This document shows, piece after piece, positions 10,483-21,542 of a stretch of 64,000 nucleotides of DNA. The stretch's first letter is position 1; every line of letters begins with the position of its first letter. Location: NCBI GenBank assembly GCA_947500875.1, contig CANMUN010000007.1, positions 2,244 through 66,243 of the forward strand, written 5' to 3'. The DNA comes from Flavobacteriales bacterium. GTDB lineage: Bacteria > Bacteroidota > Bacteroidia > Flavobacteriales_D > Crocinitomicaceae. Below the pieces are notes generated by a model. That model made no database searches. It was not told the origin of the DNA and worked only from the letters and a program-made list of their open reading frames with translations. The position numbers and the translations under genes were made by a program.

Positions 10483-12009
10483 ATGCATGAAACGATACTG
10501 ATTTACGATTTTGGTTCTCAATATACCCAGCTCATAGCACGAAGAATACGTGAAATGAATGTGTTTTGCGAAATTCTACCTTGGTCCAAATGGGGAGAAC
10601 CCGTGGAAGCCAAAGGGATCATTCTTTCGGGAAGCCCTTTTTCGGTTAGAGAACCCCAGTCACCCCAACCAAATTTAGCCCTCTTGAAAGGCAAGATGCC
10701 AATATTGGGGATATGCTACGGGGCACAATTATTGGCGCATCAATTTGGCGGAGAAGTATCTGCCTCCAATACCCGAGAGTACGGTCGTGCGATGTTCGCT
10801 CCATCCTCTGAGGTTGATTTACTGCGGGGAATTTCCAAGTCAACCCAAGTATGGATGTCCCATGGCGACTCGATCAGTCGTTTACCAAATAACGCCGTGT
10901 GCATTGGCAGCACGGAAGATGTCGTGAATGCCGCCTACCGTTTTAGGGATGAAGCCACTTTTGGTGTACAGTTTCACCCCGAAGTGTACCATTCTTTGGA
11001 AGGAATGCAGTTGTTAAAGAATTTTGTGCTCGGTGTTTGTGGATGTTCAGGTGATTGGACTCCTGGTGCTTTCATTGAAGAGCAAGTTGCGGCCTTGCGT
11101 GCCAAAATAGGTTCCGATAAGGTTATCATGGGATTGTCGGGCGGAGTGGATTCATCCGTAGCCGCCATGTTGTTACATCGCGCCATAGGAGACCAATTGC
11201 ATTGCATTTTTGTGGATAATGGGTTACTTCGCAAAAACGAATATCAACAGGTTTTGGAGTCCTATCAGCACATGGGACTGAACATTAAAGGAGTGGATGC
11301 TTCGGAAAAATTTTACCAAGCACTGAGCGGTTTAACGGATCCAGAAGCAAAAAGGAAAGCCATAGGCAGGGTATTCATAGAGGTTTTTGACGAAGAATCG
11401 AGCGCCGTGGAACAGGCCCGTTGGCTTGGTCAGGGTACGATTTACCCAGACGTCATTGAATCAATTTCGGCGACAGGTGGTCCATCTCAAACCATTAAAT
11501 CGCATCATAACGTGGGTGGCTTACCGGATTTTATGAAGCTCAGCGTGGTTGAACCGTTACGCAGCCTGTTTAAGGACGAGGTGCGACGGATTGGCGCAGC
11601 GCTGGAAATGGATGCGAATTTGTTGGGAAGGCATCCGTTTCCCGGACCAGGTTTGGGTATACGAATTTTAGGGGAAGTGACGGCTGAAAAAGTACGCTTG
11701 CTGCAAGAGGCGGACGCCATTTTTATTGGGCACCTAAGAAAAGAAGGATTGTACGATTCGGTTTGGCAGGCAGGGGTGATTTTGCTCCCCGTTCAATCGG
11801 TGGGAGTCATGGGCGATGAACGAACCTATGAAAACGCAGTGGCCCTGCGAGCTGTTACTTCCACTGATGGGATGACAGCCGACTGGTGCCATTTGCCGTA
11901 CGATTTTCTTGCGGAAGTGTCCAATAGAATCATCAATCAAGTAAGGGGAATCAACCGTGTCACTTACGATATCAGTTCAAAGCCACCGGCAACCATCGAA
12001 TGGGAATAA
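10483..12009 (+). CDS. guaA: glutamine-hydrolysing GMP synthase
   Basis: N-terminal GATase ([30 protein letters not shown]) and the ATP-PPase loop [10 protein letters not shown]. The C-terminus ends in the canonical ...PPATIEWE. The start is taken at the ATG at 10483 (MHETIL). Confidence 0.96.
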   Translation: MHETILIYDFGSQYTQLIARRIREMNVFCEILPWSKWGEPVEAKGIILSGSPFSVREPQSPQPNLALLKGKMPILGICYGAQLLAHQFGGEVSASNTREYGRAMFAPSSEVDLLRGISKSTQVWMSHGDSISRLPNNAVCIGSTEDVVNAAYRFRDEATFGVQFHPEVYHSLEGMQLLKNFVLGVCGCSGDWTPGAFIEEQVAALRAKIGSDKVIMGLSGGVDSSVAAMLLHRAIGDQLHCIFVDNGLLRKNEYQQVLESYQHMGLNIKGVDASEKFYQALSGLTDPEAKRKAIGRVFIEVFDEESSAVEQARWLGQGTIYPDVIESISATGGPSQTIKSHHNVGGLPDFMKLSVVEPLRSLFKDEVRRIGAALEMDANLLGRHPFPGPGLGIRILGEVTAEKVRLLQEADAIFIGHLRKEGLYDSVWQAGVILLPVQSVGVMGDERTYENAVALRAVTSTDGMTADWCHLPYDFLAEVSNRIINQVRGINRVTYDISSKPPATIEWE

Positions 12010-13781
12010 AGATAAAAGTACTGCTCCTCATAGGGATTGGATGGAATTCCTTTGCCCAGGATTGGATCCCCTTAGTGGATCAAAAAGGTAAAGTGTACCA
12101 TGCGGTGAGTTTCAAGCCGGGTATGAGCCTTGTTGCGGTGTTGCAGTCAACGAACACTCCATCGGACACTTTTAAATTGGACAATCCTTTGATCAACGAT
12201 GAAGTGGTTGAAGGAGCGATTCTGTATTTTCGAGTTGAACGCAAAGACCAAAGATATCTCGTGGCCAGCGGCGATACGCCTTATGCCATTGCTAAAAAAT
12301 TTGCAATTTTTTTGGATACCTTGTATGCGAGCAATCCGGAAATACGGAGTGTACCCTTAAAAGTGGGGCAGCAAGTAAGCATTAAGGGTGGGGTGGTTCG
12401 GTATCCAAGTTCGTTATTCTGGGTTCCCAACCTAACGGATGAATCGACGGGAGAACCGGTTACGGAAGAGGTTTACCGCAGGTTTTTATTTGAGGATACC
12501 GTTCTGATGTATCAGGTGCGAAATGGAGAAAGCCTATCCATGGTGGCAAAACGCTTTCTAACAACCCCCAAAAAATTAAAGGCCTACAACGGTTTATCCG
12601 GGAATGGCCTCAAGGCAGGAATGACCCTTAAAATACCATTAATTAAAGATTCAATCAATCCTCCAATGGGAGTAATGCCTACGGCCGATAAGCGTTTCAA
12701 AGCTCCGCTCATTCAGCCTGCGTCAAACGCTCCGTTTAGGATGCCCACAAAAAAAGAAAAAACCTTCAGAATCGGCATATTTTTACCGTTGGGGGGGGAT
12801 ACATGTCAGTCGCCTTTACGCGGTATGCCTAAAGTTGCGCTTGAATTTTATATGGGGGCAATGTTGGCAGTTGATTCATTGAATCGGCTCGGTTGTCGAG
12901 GCGAAATTCGATTTTTTGACTATTGGTCTAGGCATGAATCCGTGAACAAGGTTATCGCGTCGGGGGTAATTTCGTCCTTGGATTTGGTGTTAGGTCCTTT
13001 GCATCCAGCGGAATCAGAGCTCTTAGCCCAGCATTGTCAATCGCTTGAAGTCCCCATCGTATTGCAGCTCCCAACCTTGAATTCAACGCTAAAAGAAAAT
13101 CCTGTTGCGTTCGGGATTGCGACGGAAATGGACCTGCAGATTGAGCAAATGGCAGCTTTGGCGGTCAAGCGAGCTCCCGTTGACCAGGTGATCTTATTCA
13201 CTACTAAACTTCCTGCAGATACGGCTCGAGAAAACATGTTCGTTCAACAATTCAAGCAAATGAACTTGGGGAGTAAGCGTTTGATTGTTGCCGACGCGTC
13301 CATGCTTAAAGCGTTGTTGCAGAGTGGAAAACCCTCCTTAATTTTCAGTGTTTCTCTCGATAAAACCAAAGTCGCTGAAGTAACAACGTGGGTAAAAAAG
13401 GCCGATCTAACCTATAAACTCGTCGGACTGAAGGAGTGGACGGATTGGAAAGAAATCAATGGAAATATCCAACAAGAAAGCGATTTTTATTATTTCAGCA
13501 CCGGTTGCGTTGATTATAATGATCGCTCCCTTAAGGCGGTTCACAAACGCTTTCGTTCCGCCTATCAGACCGATTTTACTCGATATGCCATGCTGGGATT
13601 TGATGAGGTACTCGGTTTTGGCTCATGGTTATCGGGATGTGGTCCGAATTTCCCTTACCAAGGTGTGATGATGCATTTTGATTACCGTAAAACAACGCAA
13701 AAGTATCATAGCAATTACGGACTTCAAAGGTGCCGTTTTAGGAATTTTAAAACAGAAAAAAATGCCAATTTTGACGAGTGA
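12000..13781 (+). CDS. LysM-domain protein with periplasmic-binding-protein-like C-terminal region
   Basis: Signal peptide and two LysM-like repeats ([16 protein letters not shown]...; [16 protein letters not shown]...). A type-1 PBP-like region starts at [12 protein letters not shown]. Confidence 0.7.
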   Translation: MGIKIKVLLLIGIGWNSFAQDWIPLVDQKGKVYHAVSFKPGMSLVAVLQSTNTPSDTFKLDNPLINDEVVEGAILYFRVERKDQRYLVASGDTPYAIAKKFAIFLDTLYASNPEIRSVPLKVGQQVSIKGGVVRYPSSLFWVPNLTDESTGEPVTEEVYRRFLFEDTVLMYQVRNGESLSMVAKRFLTTPKKLKAYNGLSGNGLKAGMTLKIPLIKDSINPPMGVMPTADKRFKAPLIQPASNAPFRMPTKKEKTFRIGIFLPLGGDTCQSPLRGMPKVALEFYMGAMLAVDSLNRLGCRGEIRFFDYWSRHESVNKVIASGVISSLDLVLGPLHPAESELLAQHCQSLEVPIVLQLPTLNSTLKENPVAFGIATEMDLQIEQMAALAVKRAPVDQVILFTTKLPADTARENMFVQQFKQMNLGSKRLIVADASMLKALLQSGKPSLIFSVSLDKTKVAEVTTWVKKADLTYKLVGLKEWTDWKEINGNIQQESDFYYFSTGCVDYNDRSLKAVHKRFRSAYQTDFTRYAMLGFDEVLGFGSWLSGCGPNFPYQGVMMHFDYRKTTQKYHSNYGLQRCRFRNFKTEKNANFDE

Positions 13782-14658
13782 ATTCATATCGCATAGTTTT
13801 CTTGAATTGCAAGCATTTATTGTTAAAGAATTGGAAAATACTGACGGTCAATCGCGTTTTATAAGCGATGAATGGGTGCGGGAAGAAGGCGGGGGAGGAA
13901 GGACCATGATCATCGGTGAAGGAGCGAAAATCATTAAGGGAGGAGTGGCTTTTTCGAAAGTAGAAGGAGAGATAACCTCCTTGATGCGTGACCAGATGGG
14001 GATGCAAGGCCAGCGTTTTTTAGCGACGGGTGTTTCCATTGTGATCCATTCCCGTCATCCAATGCATCCTACCATGCACATGAATGTTCGGTATTTTGAA
14101 ACCGATCAAGGAGAGCATTGGTTTGGAGGAGGCATTGATTTGACCCCTATCTACGTTGATATAATGCTCGCTAAAACCTTTCATCAATCCCTCAAATTAG
14201 CGTGCGATGCTTACGCCGAAAAAGCCTATCATCAATACAAGGCATGGGCTGATGATTATTTTTACTTACCACATCGCAACGAGACGAGGGGTGTCGGGGG
14301 TATTTTCTTTGACCATGTGAAACCCGGCAATGAGGAAGAAAAAGAACGCGTTTTTGCGTTTTGTTTGGAGCTAGGAAGGCTTTTTCCAGTGTTGTATGCC
14401 GCTCAAACAGCAACTGAATTCTCCAAACCTACTGACCAACAATTGACTTGGCAAGCTTTGAGATGGTCACGTTACGTTGAATACAACCTGTTGTTCGATC
14501 GTGGAACCCGTTTCGGAATCATTTCCAATGGACGTACTGAATCTATTCTTTTAAGCATGCCTCCTGTGGCGCATTGGAAGTATAATTACCATCCGGAAAA
14601 GGGAAGCGCTGAGTTACAAACATTGCAGTACTTAAAAAAGGACGTTGTTTGGTTATGA
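13762..14658 (+). CDS. hemF: oxygen-dependent coproporphyrinogen III oxidase
   Basis: The W.REEGGGGRT, GVS.V.H..HP..PT.H.N.RYFE and HR.E.RG.GG.FFD blocks are characteristic of HemF. The start is taken at the ATG at 13762 (MPILTSEF). Confidence 0.92.
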   Translation: MPILTSEFISHSFLELQAFIVKELENTDGQSRFISDEWVREEGGGGRTMIIGEGAKIIKGGVAFSKVEGEITSLMRDQMGMQGQRFLATGVSIVIHSRHPMHPTMHMNVRYFETDQGEHWFGGGIDLTPIYVDIMLAKTFHQSLKLACDAYAEKAYHQYKAWADDYFYLPHRNETRGVGGIFFDHVKPGNEEEKERVFAFCLELGRLFPVLYAAQTATEFSKPTDQQLTWQALRWSRYVEYNLLFDRGTRFGIISNGRTESILLSMPPVAHWKYNYHPEKGSAELQTLQYLKKDVVWL

Positions 14659-14710
14659 GTAAAGGATATTTTTTGTTTACCTTTGCGAGGAAATTTTCTA
14701 AACAGCGCAA

Positions 14711-17700
14711 ATGTTTCAAAAAATACTCGGTGCCATTGCACTAACCTTGGTCGGTGTAGCACATAGCCAAACCCCGGTTCCCAGTTTTAGTTCTGTTCCT
14801 GCCGCGGTGGGGGGTACTATCACGATATGCCAGGGACAAACCATTACGTACAACAATACCTCAAACCAAACCTTAGCAGGGGCCACCTATGCTTGGTCTT
14901 TTGGGGTTGGGGCCGTTCCTTTCAACTCGAACGCCGTTGGTCCACATACGGTTACGTACAATACTCCAGGAGCAACAACGGTTTCGTTAACGGTTAATAA
15001 TCAAAACGGAACAGGGGGTCAGGTTTTCACCCGAAACATTGTAGTAGTTGCCACGCCAAATTCAGCTTTAACACTTGTCTCATCGGGAGGTGGTTACGGT
15101 ACTTCAACGCAAAACGGCCAAACCGTCTTTAGGAATTGCGGTTCGATTGATTCTGCGTTGTTTACGTTCAATGCAGCGGTGAATAATACGGTTTCACAAA
15201 CGTTTAACTGGGGCGACGGTTCTTCCTCAACGAACCTTGCCATGGTAGGTACCCAGATAACCCATGATTATCCTCAGGGTCAATTCGTGATGACACATAC
15301 CGTCACTCAAAACGGTTGCTCAAGTACTTCGACGTACATTGTGTTCAATGGCAGTGCACCGCAGGTGACAGTAACCGCCATAGGTTCGAATACGTGTCTT
15401 CCTTCCCCTTATTCGATTGATATATTGTCCAACGATGTTCCAATTACCTACACGGTCAGTTTTTCGGACGGAACGCCAAACCTGGTGTTCACAACGGCCA
15501 ATGATACGACCATTGACCACATTTTTACCACCTCCTCCTGCGGAGTAGATTATGTCATAGCTCCTGGTTTGCCTCCTATTCCTAATGCCTATTCTGCTGC
15601 TGTTATTGCTCAGAATATTTGTTCCAATAATGGAATTCCTACGGTTATTACGGTAGGTCCCATTATCATTTCTACGGGGACTACTCCGGATTTTAGTTAT
15701 ACACCACAATCCCCTGTTTGCGTACTAGAGCCTGTTACCTTCAACAACGAGTCCATTGCCGGAGAAACGGTGAGTCAAGCCGGTTGCGATACCACCTACG
15801 GTTATTATTGGGCCATAACTCCGAATACGTTTACTCTGAACAGCGGTTCTTTGGGATCTTCGAACGGTTTTACGGGTGCGAATTATGATTACACCCAGTG
15901 GACGAACGGTTCTTATGACATGGAGGTCTTGTTCAGTCAGCCCGGCACGTATTACGTAACCCTTTACACCGGTGAGTTTTGCGGCTATGATTCCATTGTT
16001 GACTCGGTGGTTATTAAACCAGAAGCGCATTTAACTTTTTCGTTGTACCAACAAACCATTTGCAGCGGCGATTCCTCGGCTTTGTTTACGATGACTGCAG
16101 ACCAACCAAACTATGTAATCAATTGGGATATTACGGATACTACCAACATTAGCAATATCACGGTGTTGTCGGGTAGCGGGGTCACGCCTGTTACGTTTAA
16201 TGCATTGGTGCCGCAAAACAACACCAACGAAGTCGGAACGATTGAAATTACGGCAACGGTGGAATGTTCCAACGATTCGGCAGATGTTCATACCATCACC
16301 GTTAACCCTCAAGCTAATGCAACGGTCGACCCAACCTTTTATCAAATTTGCTCAGGTGAGACGACGGACATCGATATCGAAAGCAATTTGGACAATGTTG
16401 GTTTTTCATGGACCGCAACAGCACCGGGAACGATAACCGGTCATTCGAATGGAACGGGGGCGAATATCGCTCAGACCTTGAATAATTCGGGTACCACCAT
16501 GGATACGGTTGAATACATTATTACGGTTTTGAATGCCCAGTGTCCGGGAGATACTGCGGTGGTTTCGGTAGCGGTGCAGCCCGAACTTACCTTTAACGCG
16601 AATCCCGACTTCACCGTTTGTCCAGGTTTCCCGATAGATCCGGACGATTACATTACCAGCCCACCCAATGCTACCATTACATGGACCAACACCAATACGA
16701 ACATCGGGTTAGGGGCATCGGGTAACGGGAATGTTCCAACGTTTACTTCTGGAAATAATACTTCCGGCAGTACCATTAGCGGTACGATTGAAGTAACCAT
16801 GCAGTTGAACGATTGTCCAGCCGTAACGGATCAGTTTGTCGTGAATGTCAACTCGGCTCCGGATTTTGACTACACTACCACTCCTCAAAACGGGTTGGAT
16901 TGTATTACGGGCATTGGTGTTATCAACGGTGTGGTGAACCCCAACAACTCCTCGGCTACGTGGTCAGGACCGGGAATTGTATCGGGCGGGAATACCTTCA
17001 CTCCCGTTATCAACCAGCCTGGACAGTACACGGTTGAGTTAATTAACAATAATAACGGTTGTATTTCCAATTTTGCCGTAACCATCGAACCGCCGACACT
17101 CATCAACATTACTTCGGTAAATATTACGAATGTGTCGTGTTTTAACGGGTCCAACGGAACGATAAGCATTAATACGGATAACGGGAACGGCTCCAACATT
17201 AACTATGATTGGACGCCCTCTTTAGCGAATTCGGCGAATGTGAACGGACTTAGTTCGGGAACTTACTCCGTGGAGGTGACAAATGAAGACGGGTGCATCG
17301 ATGATACAACCGTGGTGATTACACAACCAACGCAAATTACCATTGCTCAAATTGATTCAACAGGTTCGGAGTGCTTGGAGGCTAACGGTAGTTTGACCGT
17401 GGTTGCAGCTGGAGGACAGGGAGGTTATTCTTACAGTTGGTCTTCTGGAAATAACGGTCCTACAGCCAATAACATTGATGCCGGGACCTACACGGTAACG
17501 GCAACGGATGCCGCTGGATGTTCCGTTTCTGAGAGCTATGATTTGGGATGTACACCGTTGATTCCAATTGTAATTCCTCAATTCCTTTCTCCTAATGGAG
17601 ATAATTTAAACGAACTTTGGATTATTCAAAATATAGAACAGTATCCAGACATTAAAGTAAAAGTATACAACCGTTGGGGTAATGAAGTATTTGAATCAAG

Positions 17701-17839
17701 GCCTTACAACAACGACTGGAATGGGCATTTGAGGGGAACTCATCCGAATCCGTTACCTGCAGGAACGTATTTCTACTTAGTGGATACGAATAAGAAGTCA
17801 CAGGATATTTACCAAGGATATATTGAAATTCAGCCATGA
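14711..17839 (+). CDS. large cell-surface protein with PKD/Ig-like repeats and a T9SS type B (gliding-motility-associated) C-terminal domain
   Basis: Signal peptide and Thr/Asn/Gly-rich repeats. SprB-type repeats (NVSCFNGSNGTISI..., GGQGGYSYSWS) are present. The C-terminal block is PQFLSPNGDNLNELW...VKVYNRWGNEVFE...YFYLV. Confidence 0.85.
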   Translation: MFQKILGAIALTLVGVAHSQTPVPSFSSVPAAVGGTITICQGQTITYNNTSNQTLAGATYAWSFGVGAVPFNSNAVGPHTVTYNTPGATTVSLTVNNQNGTGGQVFTRNIVVVATPNSALTLVSSGGGYGTSTQNGQTVFRNCGSIDSALFTFNAAVNNTVSQTFNWGDGSSSTNLAMVGTQITHDYPQGQFVMTHTVTQNGCSSTSTYIVFNGSAPQVTVTAIGSNTCLPSPYSIDILSNDVPITYTVSFSDGTPNLVFTTANDTTIDHIFTTSSCGVDYVIAPGLPPIPNAYSAAVIAQNICSNNGIPTVITVGPIIISTGTTPDFSYTPQSPVCVLEPVTFNNESIAGETVSQAGCDTTYGYYWAITPNTFTLNSGSLGSSNGFTGANYDYTQWTNGSYDMEVLFSQPGTYYVTLYTGEFCGYDSIVDSVVIKPEAHLTFSLYQQTICSGDSSALFTMTADQPNYVINWDITDTTNISNITVLSGSGVTPVTFNALVPQNNTNEVGTIEITATVECSNDSADVHTITVNPQANATVDPTFYQICSGETTDIDIESNLDNVGFSWTATAPGTITGHSNGTGANIAQTLNNSGTTMDTVEYIITVLNAQCPGDTAVVSVAVQPELTFNANPDFTVCPGFPIDPDDYITSPPNATITWTNTNTNIGLGASGNGNVPTFTSGNNTSGSTISGTIEVTMQLNDCPAVTDQFVVNVNSAPDFDYTTTPQNGLDCITGIGVINGVVNPNNSSATWSGPGIVSGGNTFTPVINQPGQYTVELINNNNGCISNFAVTIEPPTLINITSVNITNVSCFNGSNGTISINTDNGNGSNINYDWTPSLANSANVNGLSSGTYSVEVTNEDGCIDDTTVVITQPTQITIAQIDSTGSECLEANGSLTVVAAGGQGGYSYSWSSGNNGPTANNIDAGTYTVTATDAAGCSVSESYDLGCTPLIPIVIPQFLSPNGDNLNELWIIQNIEQYPDIKVKVYNRWGNEVFESRPYNNDWNGHLRGTHPNPLPAGTYFYLVDTNKKSQDIYQGYIEIQP

Positions 17840-18747
17840 TGAAAAAGATTGCCATATTATTTTACGTTGTTCTAGCCAGTACGGCCCTTTGGAGTCAGCA
17901 AGATGCGCAGACCTCCATGTACTTTTTCAATCCTTTACAATTCAATCCGGGTTATGCCGGAAGTCGGGGTACGTTTAACGTTACCGGGGTCACTCGTGCG
18001 CAGTGGATTGGATGGGAAGGTGCACCGAATACCCAGTTTTTATCGTTCCACGGACCGGTTTTACGCCAGAACATTGGATTAGGTGGGAACATTGCTTACG
18101 ATCGAATTGGTTCGCGAACTGCGCTGAATGCCATGGCGAATTTCGCATACCATTTGCGCTTGAACGAAGACAATATGCGTTTGTCGCTTGGATTGTCAGG
18201 GGGAATTCAACAATACGGTTATGATTTCTCGGGATTGATTGTAAATGATCCAACCGATGCGAACTATTTGAATTCGTTCCGTCAAACCAAGGCGAATTTT
18301 GGTTTTGGTGCGTATTTCTACGATAATAACTTTTATGCGGGCTTGTCCATTCCTAGACTCATCAAACGAAGCATAGATAACAGTACCGGAAATTCCTATC
18401 TGCAACGTCATATTTACTTGACAGGGGGGTATGTGCACAGTTTTGGGTCGACCTTCGACATCAAGCCTTCTGTTTTAGTGAAGTATACGGGCAGTGGTCC
18501 AATTATAGCCGATTTGAACCTTAGCGTTCATTTGTATAAACGTTTTTGGATCGGTGGTTTGTACCGTACTACGGATTGCGCAGGATTTAATTTTGCCTAC
18601 CAAATCAAGGATTGGTGCATGGCAGGATATGCCTTCGATTTCCCGCTGAATGGAAAAATGGTGAATCAATGGGCCACCCACGAACTCATGATTTCTTTTG
18701 ATTTACGTGGAAAAAATAATGCGATTCAAAGCCCTAGATATTTTTAA
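17836..18747 (+). CDS. PorP/SprF family type IX secretion system membrane protein
   Basis: The N-terminal QQDAQTSMYFFNPLQFNPGYAG signature and a beta-barrel-like composition. It has a 4-nt overlap with the upstream type B CTD gene. Confidence 0.85.
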   Translation: MMKKIAILFYVVLASTALWSQQDAQTSMYFFNPLQFNPGYAGSRGTFNVTGVTRAQWIGWEGAPNTQFLSFHGPVLRQNIGLGGNIAYDRIGSRTALNAMANFAYHLRLNEDNMRLSLGLSGGIQQYGYDFSGLIVNDPTDANYLNSFRQTKANFGFGAYFYDNNFYAGLSIPRLIKRSIDNSTGNSYLQRHIYLTGGYVHSFGSTFDIKPSVLVKYTGSGPIIADLNLSVHLYKRFWIGGLYRTTDCAGFNFAYQIKDWCMAGYAFDFPLNGKMVNQWATHELMISFDLRGKNNAIQSPRYF

Positions 18748-18748
18748 T

Positions 18749-21022
18749 ATGAAAGCGACAACTATCCTCATTCTTGCGTGTCTATTGTGCTCTTTCCAAG
18801 GTTGGGCACAAGAGTACAAAATTAATTATGCCAAAGAACTGTCTTCGGAGTACCGATTTTCTGAGGCCCTTCCCGTTTGGGAGGAATTATTGCTTATTGC
18901 CGATAAGAAAAAGTACAAAGAATACTTTATTTTAAGCAAAACTCTTGAGGCTTCATATTTTTCGGAGAATTATTCGAAAACGGTTTATTGGTTTTCTAAG
19001 AAACGCAATTGGTTAAACGCGCAAAAGGCGGATAGCACCGAAAAAGAATGGGTTTATTATTTAAACGCGTTACGTTATTGTAATTTGGGCTCGAGATTTC
19101 AAGGGGCTTTGGATTCTGCGCTTTCAGCGAATCCCAATTCAACCATTCTAAATGCAAGAAAGGATGGATTTGCTGATTATTTGACGAATGCGGTACGTAT
19201 TTCCGATTATCAGGTGCGCATGTATAAAAAAGGTTCGAAGGGGGAGGAGTACGGTGCCTTTCCTTACAAAACGGGTATTTTGTTCGTCTCCAACGAATTC
19301 AACCATAATGCGATCAATCGAAATTACCCGCGCACCGGTCAATACTATTCGGATGTCGCTTTTTACGACTCTCTGCAGGCACTTCAAAAGTACAAGGTTT
19401 ATCAAAAGCCTTTTTGGATTGATTTTATCTACAAAAACCGCTGGAGAGAGTTGGACCGAAACCGTTCGCATGATGGTCCTGTTTCGTTTAGTCCTGATAA
19501 AAGTTTACTGTTTGTCACCACCAATTTCAGCGAAAAGGATAAAACGGATACGGTGAAATACCGTCGATTGCAACAGCACGTTTACCGCATGGATGGAGAA
19601 GAGATGGTTCAAATTGAATTCCCTTTCAATTCGCCGCAATTCAGCACGGGACATGCCACAATGGACCTCGATGGCAATGTTTATTTTACCTCCGATCGAC
19701 CCGGTAGCATGGTAAAGTGGACGTCTTGGAATGGTAAAAAAGTTGATACGGTTTACAGTACTGATATATGGAAAACTACCTATGTCGATGGAACATGGTC
19801 TGCTCCTGAAAATCTTGGAGCAACCATTAATACGGTAGGTGATGAGATGTTCCCGTTCATCTCCAATTGGGGGGTGTTATATTTCAGCTCAAGCGAATGG
19901 GGAAGCATGGGCGGATTGGACATTTTTAGTTCCGAGTTGGACGGAAGGAAACCAGAACACATTGGAGCTCCTTTAAATTCTACGTCGGATGATTTCTCCT
20001 ACTACGTCGATGAAGAAACGGGCAACGGTTATTTTTCAACGAACCGGGATAAACTTGCCGACCGCATCTACGCATTCAAGAAACCGGTTTTCAAAGCTGA
20101 TTTAGTGGTTTCGCTGGCCGATTGTAAAGGTAAAGCCCTCAAGAATACGGAAATAACCATTACCGACTTGAACAACGGTGAAGCAACGGTTTTGGCTACC
20201 CTCGACAACGGTCAAACAGAAGCATTGGCGTTGAAACGAAATCATGAGTATAAGATTGTTTACGTAGGTACGGACGTTTTGACGGGAGATTCTACGACGT
20301 ATAAAGCCACTGAGTCCATTAGCGAGATGGTCAATTTCACAACGTATTATAAACGTTTCATTTCAAAAGTAACGGTATTGGACAGCGTTTCTAAACCAAT
20401 GGATAATGCAGTTTTTGAAATTTACAGGTCGAATGGTTCTTCTTTTTCCATTAATTCAGACAAAACAGGTTCATATTCTTGGAGAAATGAAGGTGTAGAT
20501 AAAGTTGATTCATTGGTGGTTAGTGCGATAAATTACGTGAATGGTAGCTTGGCGATACCCAGTGTTGAAAACAATAATTGTATTGATACGGTATACTATA
20601 CTATTGCCATGAAAACGATTTCCAAAGAGAATTTCATCAATATAAAGAGAATCCTATACAATTTTGATAAGTATTTCTTGCGTCCAGAGGGCAAACAGGA
20701 ATTGGATAAGTTGGTTGCATTCATGAAGGCACACCCCAAGTATCGAGTTGAACTTTATTCGCATACCGATTCCAGAGGTTCCGATAAATACAATATGAAA
20801 CTTTCGAAGAATAGGGCTAAAAGTTGTGTAGATTATATCGTAAGTAAGGGGATAAGCAAAGATTTAATAACTGCCTTTGGTTTTGGCGAAACCCAACTGG
20901 AGAATCATTGTTCAAACGGTGTTCCTTGTTCAATAGAAGAACATCAAAATAATAGAAGGACTATTCCCAAGTTATTCACTCAATCGAATGAAGCTCTTGA
21001 CAATAACAAGTTAAAGGAATAA
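18749..21022 (+). CDS. OmpA-family protein with TolB-like beta-propeller region
   Basis: Signal peptide at the internal Met (MKATTILILACLL). WD40/TolB-like repeats (YFTSDR, YFSSSEWG..GGLDIF, YFSTNR). The C-terminal OmpA block is YNFDKYFLRPEG...LYSHTDSRGSDKYNMKLSKNRAKS. Confidence 0.85.
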   Translation: MKATTILILACLLCSFQGWAQEYKINYAKELSSEYRFSEALPVWEELLLIADKKKYKEYFILSKTLEASYFSENYSKTVYWFSKKRNWLNAQKADSTEKEWVYYLNALRYCNLGSRFQGALDSALSANPNSTILNARKDGFADYLTNAVRISDYQVRMYKKGSKGEEYGAFPYKTGILFVSNEFNHNAINRNYPRTGQYYSDVAFYDSLQALQKYKVYQKPFWIDFIYKNRWRELDRNRSHDGPVSFSPDKSLLFVTTNFSEKDKTDTVKYRRLQQHVYRMDGEEMVQIEFPFNSPQFSTGHATMDLDGNVYFTSDRPGSMVKWTSWNGKKVDTVYSTDIWKTTYVDGTWSAPENLGATINTVGDEMFPFISNWGVLYFSSSEWGSMGGLDIFSSELDGRKPEHIGAPLNSTSDDFSYYVDEETGNGYFSTNRDKLADRIYAFKKPVFKADLVVSLADCKGKALKNTEITITDLNNGEATVLATLDNGQTEALALKRNHEYKIVYVGTDVLTGDSTTYKATESISEMVNFTTYYKRFISKVTVLDSVSKPMDNAVFEIYRSNGSSFSINSDKTGSYSWRNEGVDKVDSLVVSAINYVNGSLAIPSVENNNCIDTVYYTIAMKTISKENFINIKRILYNFDKYFLRPEGKQELDKLVAFMKAHPKYRVELYSHTDSRGSDKYNMKLSKNRAKSCVDYIVSKGISKDLITAFGFGETQLENHCSNGVPCSIEEHQNNRRTIPKLFTQSNEALDNNKLKE

Positions 21023-21023
21023 C

Positions 21024-21542
21024 ATGTCTTCCGAAGAATCGCAGACGCGGATGAATGCTAGGCCTCCTAAGAGTTTAATGGTTTTATTGGTCCTTACATG
21101 GGTTAATACCTTGTTTTCCATCGTTACAACGATTTTCACTTTGATTTTTATGCGCCCAAGTGCTCAGGACCTCGAGCAAGAGAAATTGGAAATGGCCAAA
21201 TCCATCGTGGAGCTGAAAAAGTTAGGCATGGACTCGTTCGTTAGTCTTTTGGAACGTCTTCAGGCAATGACAGAAGCCATGCAACCTTATTTTGTTCAAA
21301 GCAATTTGGTCAATGTTCTAGTGTTGGCAGGCGGTGCTGTTGCAGCTTGGTTCATGTACCAGAGAAATCAGCTTGGATTTCATCTTTACATTATTTATAA
21401 TCTAGCCTCAGTAGGTTCGATATACCTGTTCATCTCACCCTCCCTGATTCCTTCGGTTATCATCTTGGTTAACAGCTTACTTTCCGTGGTTTTTGTCCTC
21501 CTTTACGCCAAACATTTACCTTGGTTGAAGGACCAGGATTAA
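21024..21542 (+). CDS. hypothetical membrane protein
   Basis: 172-aa ORF with several hydrophobic segments. No family recognised. Confidence 0.5.
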   Translation: MSSEESQTRMNARPPKSLMVLLVLTWVNTLFSIVTTIFTLIFMRPSAQDLEQEKLEMAKSIVELKKLGMDSFVSLLERLQAMTEAMQPYFVQSNLVNVLVLAGGAVAAWFMYQRNQLGFHLYIIYNLASVGSIYLFISPSLIPSVIILVNSLLSVVFVLLYAKHLPWLKDQD

